A stretch of DNA of 63,854 nucleotides, filler included, from Choristocarpus tenellus KU-1152 (lineage: Eukaryota > Protista > Phaeophyceae), in NCBI GenBank assembly GCA_964200185.2. It is 6 parts of 6 records of this genome, joined end to end, with 100 filler letters (N's around TTAATTAATTAA, not from the genome) between each part and the next. Parts side by side here need not be neighbours in the genome. Positions count along the whole stretch, not along the records: positions 60,789 to 63,854 come from CAXNAD020022559.1; 5 more parts are not named here. One strand, given 5' to 3'. Position numbers and translations under genes: made by a program. Under the pieces are notes generated by a model that made no database searches, was not told the origin of the DNA, and was given only the letters and a program-made list of their open reading frames with translations. Positions within the stretch are counted from its first letter, which is position 1. Each line of letters begins with the position of its first letter. This document shows, piece by piece, positions 61,000 through 63,854 of this stretch.

Positions 61000-63820
61000 G
61001 GCAATGCCCTCAGAGTATTTGACGATATGTCCAGGTATTTTGTACCCTCCTCCACATCCTCCCTCAACACGAGGTCCCTTTTCATCTGTGCATTTTATGA
61101 GGTTACATTAATGTGCGCGATCAGGGCGTTTATGGTGAGGTGACTTACTACGAACTCAAATTCGATGGACAGATGAGATGATGAACCTCACACTTCGTTG
61201 AGTACCTCTTCACTCAGGATGTATTTTTTCTTTGGGGGAGCCTCTTCTGAAGACCCTGCTGAGGAGTCATCGGCGTAGGGGTCAATCCTGAGCTCGTCTT
61301 TCCTTTTGAGGTCATTCATGACCTGCATGGCGACCTCCAGGACAGCCTTCTTGATGAGGACATTATTGGTGTGCGTTCTTCTTAAGTATGTCTATTGGAT
61401 CTTCCACGGCTGCAATGCCCACTCCTCCTCGGCCTGGGCGGCAGACACAGGGTCTGGATCGCCGTCCCCTGGTCTGTTCTTCTTCCCCTTTCCTCGCGTC
61501 CTCTTCTTCTTTCTTTTGTCCTGGTCAGCCAGGGGTCGTTTGTTCTGGACGCCCCTTAGAGTGTGGGAGAACGTTCATGGAGAAGAGCATGGGTAGTGGA
61601 ATGGCAAGTCATATGCAGGACATGGGTGCCTGCCTCACAAGGCACGAACTTGATGGTAAACATTGCGACTGTTGCATGGTCAGCAGAGGGGTATATGTAT
61701 ATACATCCATACGTTGGTTGAATCGTCACGGCCAAAGATTGACTTACCCATTCCTCTGGAAATGTCTCCGTCCCGACAACAAATATCGATGAGAGCGTGT
61801 CAGTAGGCAATTTTTTGGCTGCCTGCTCTGAGAAGACGCGCGCAGCTACTTCGACAATGCTGCGCCAACGATGGCCTTGGGGGGTCTCCCCTCTGAGGAT
61901 GGCTAGTCCGACTCCAGCGAGGACATCAGTGCACATTCTTGCGAAGTACTGCTCCTTGACCTCGTCTGTGAGCTACATGTACATCAAATGTGCGATGGTG
62001 TGTCGTTAGGAACCCGTTAAAGAACGAGCTTTGAGGATGTGAAGGATTTAGGGTTAACAGTGAATCGATCAGAGAAGGGTTGCCAGGGGATGCGTGTAGC
62101 ACAGCAGAACCCTAGGGACTTAGGGTTCTTTGAAAATTGATGGCCTTTTCCGTTCGACATATCACATCAAATTCCTTCATTACGGTCTGCCCTATGTCAT
62201 GTGTGGCATCGTGTGGGGACAACTTAGTTGGGAATGTTTAACCCACCTTCAACCTGTAGGTGTGTGTGAACCCCCCGCTGTTCTTGAGGGATTCGATGGC
62301 GGCGTTCGGGTTAGCTTATCACAGCACAGTGAACATGTGAACCGCTCTAAAGTCGAATTTGTCCTAGTTGGGTGCGTGTTGGGTGTGTGGAGGATAAGGT
62401 CACATAATCAGGACAGAAGAACGAGGGAATGGGAGTGAGTTTGTTGGTTAATGGCGTATGCCATATGGCCGATAGCGATACACATGTATGAAACGTCAAT
62501 TCAAGCACAGAGTGCGAAGGCAGGGGCTACTATGTTGTTGTTGGACCGTTAGTGATGGGGTATTGGATGTATAAATGTGCGGATGGCTGCACCGCACTCA
62601 CATTGGAGCCGTCGCACTTCTTGTGCTCTCTCCACACACCGAAAAGGATATCCTCCAGTTCTTTTGTCTCTGGTGGAACATAGTGAGGGGAAGAAAGGGA
62701 TCGGGTTCGTTGGATCACCAACGCGGAATTAATATGGATATGGGCGGCGAAAACTATGCGATGCTTCACAATCGTTTCACGAATTGTTTCCTGGGGAAGG
62801 AGCCTTGAGAATCTCACCTTCTCTCGCGCATATATGCACAAGGGTGGCGATCGAATTGTGTAACTGGACGGAAGTTTGGTCGCTGAGTCTACTCATCCCG
62901 GCTTCCATGTGTGTGTCCTCCCTCGCTTTTTTGAGGAATGCCTTTATCTTGGCAGCAACCCTCCTCTTAATAGCCATCTGCAACGCGGCGTCGGCACTCC
63001 GGAAGTCTATGTCTCCCAGACAGTATTGGTTGCACCTGGTGACCAATGTCGTCATGCGTGTGCGACGATCAGAGTCCTCTTCCGTTTCCTGGACGTAGGG
63101 ATGGGACCTATCGCAACTGAAGTCGCGCCTATACTCCAGGATAGCAGCAACCCAATGGAATATGTTGAGAATATTGGGCACATGCGACCAACTGGCCGCC
63201 ACACTCTCCCCTATCGAAATAGATTCAGAATTTTCGCGACTGCAGTGTGGATAGATCTTCCACATGAACCTCCTGTGATCGCCGATCTGTGTGTTCGCTC
63301 CGATGTCCGAGGCCCATCGCGTTGTGACATGGGCCGGGAGGTTGATGCCACATGGGACATTGTCCTCCTTCATCACACATTCGATTTCCCTCAGGAGCAT
63401 TTTGTTGTGTTGTCCATTCAGGCAAAATAAGAGGTTACTGTATCCCTATCGTCGCCATTCTCATTTAAGTCCAGGTTGCTGTTGGCAACGTAGTGTGCGA
63501 GCAGGTCGCCGTCGGGCACATCAGAGGGTACCTTTGCCCTGCTCATGTCGGCCTTGAAGTTACTGATGGTTTTCCATCTCGAGCACAAAGAGAAAGGCTG
63601 TTAACTCAGGATCCCCGCGAGCTTACCGGCGGCGACCTGTGGGTCCGGCCCCAGCTTCGAGAACATTGATCTACTCTATCCTTGTCAAGGAGGTTGGCGT
63701 TGTACCTCTGGGACAGGAAGGCAGATGTGGCCAGGTCCATCGTAGGTGTTGCGCTGAGAGTTGACGTGATCAACTCTGTCGTCTTTTCGTCTTCAGGATT
63801 CCTTGGGCCTCCGGTCGACT
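61000..63820 (-). pseudogene. Probable hAT-like transposase pseudogene
   Basis: Frameshifted/stop-interrupted coding-like frames with LPAHVTTRWAS (hAT TRW motif) and LAGVGLAIL...Q.....IVEVAARVFSEQ..KKL.TDTL (resembles the hAT C-terminal dimerisation domain), then a K/R-rich segment. Confidence 0.45.
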
Positions 63821-63854
63821 GAGTGAAACTATCTTAGAGGGTACGAATTTTTCC
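63821..63854. mobile_element. Start of MITE family A (cut by window end)
   Basis: gagtgaaactatcttagagggtacgaatt. Confidence 0.8.

Overview
This is eukaryotic genomic DNA with long introns and many TEs. The TTAGGG-type repeats, intron style and protein families suggest a brown alga or related ochrophyte (inference). It is not one continuous locus: six contigs are joined by 100-nt N-TTAATTAATTAA-N spacers in decreasing size order, so adjacency across gaps is unreliable. Contig 1 (1-27349) holds most of a minus-strand polycystin-1/adhesion-receptor-like gene. I reconstructed 26 phase-consistent exons by hand (~1265 aa: PT stalk, two Cys/Trp modules, REJ, GPS with intact HL|T, first TM helix), including two GC-AG introns. 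Other genes are the 3' half of a class I histone deacetylase, an HSF-domain transcription factor and the 3' end of an unknown gene. Mobile DNA includes over 20 copies of 3-4 MITE families sharing a terminal motif, a mariner-like transposase fossil, two Copia remnants and a hAT-like pseudogene. The most unusual structure is a non-coding cluster of three long imperfect fold-backs at 35055-36847, a candidate miRNA/hairpin-siRNA locus. All alignments were done by eye.
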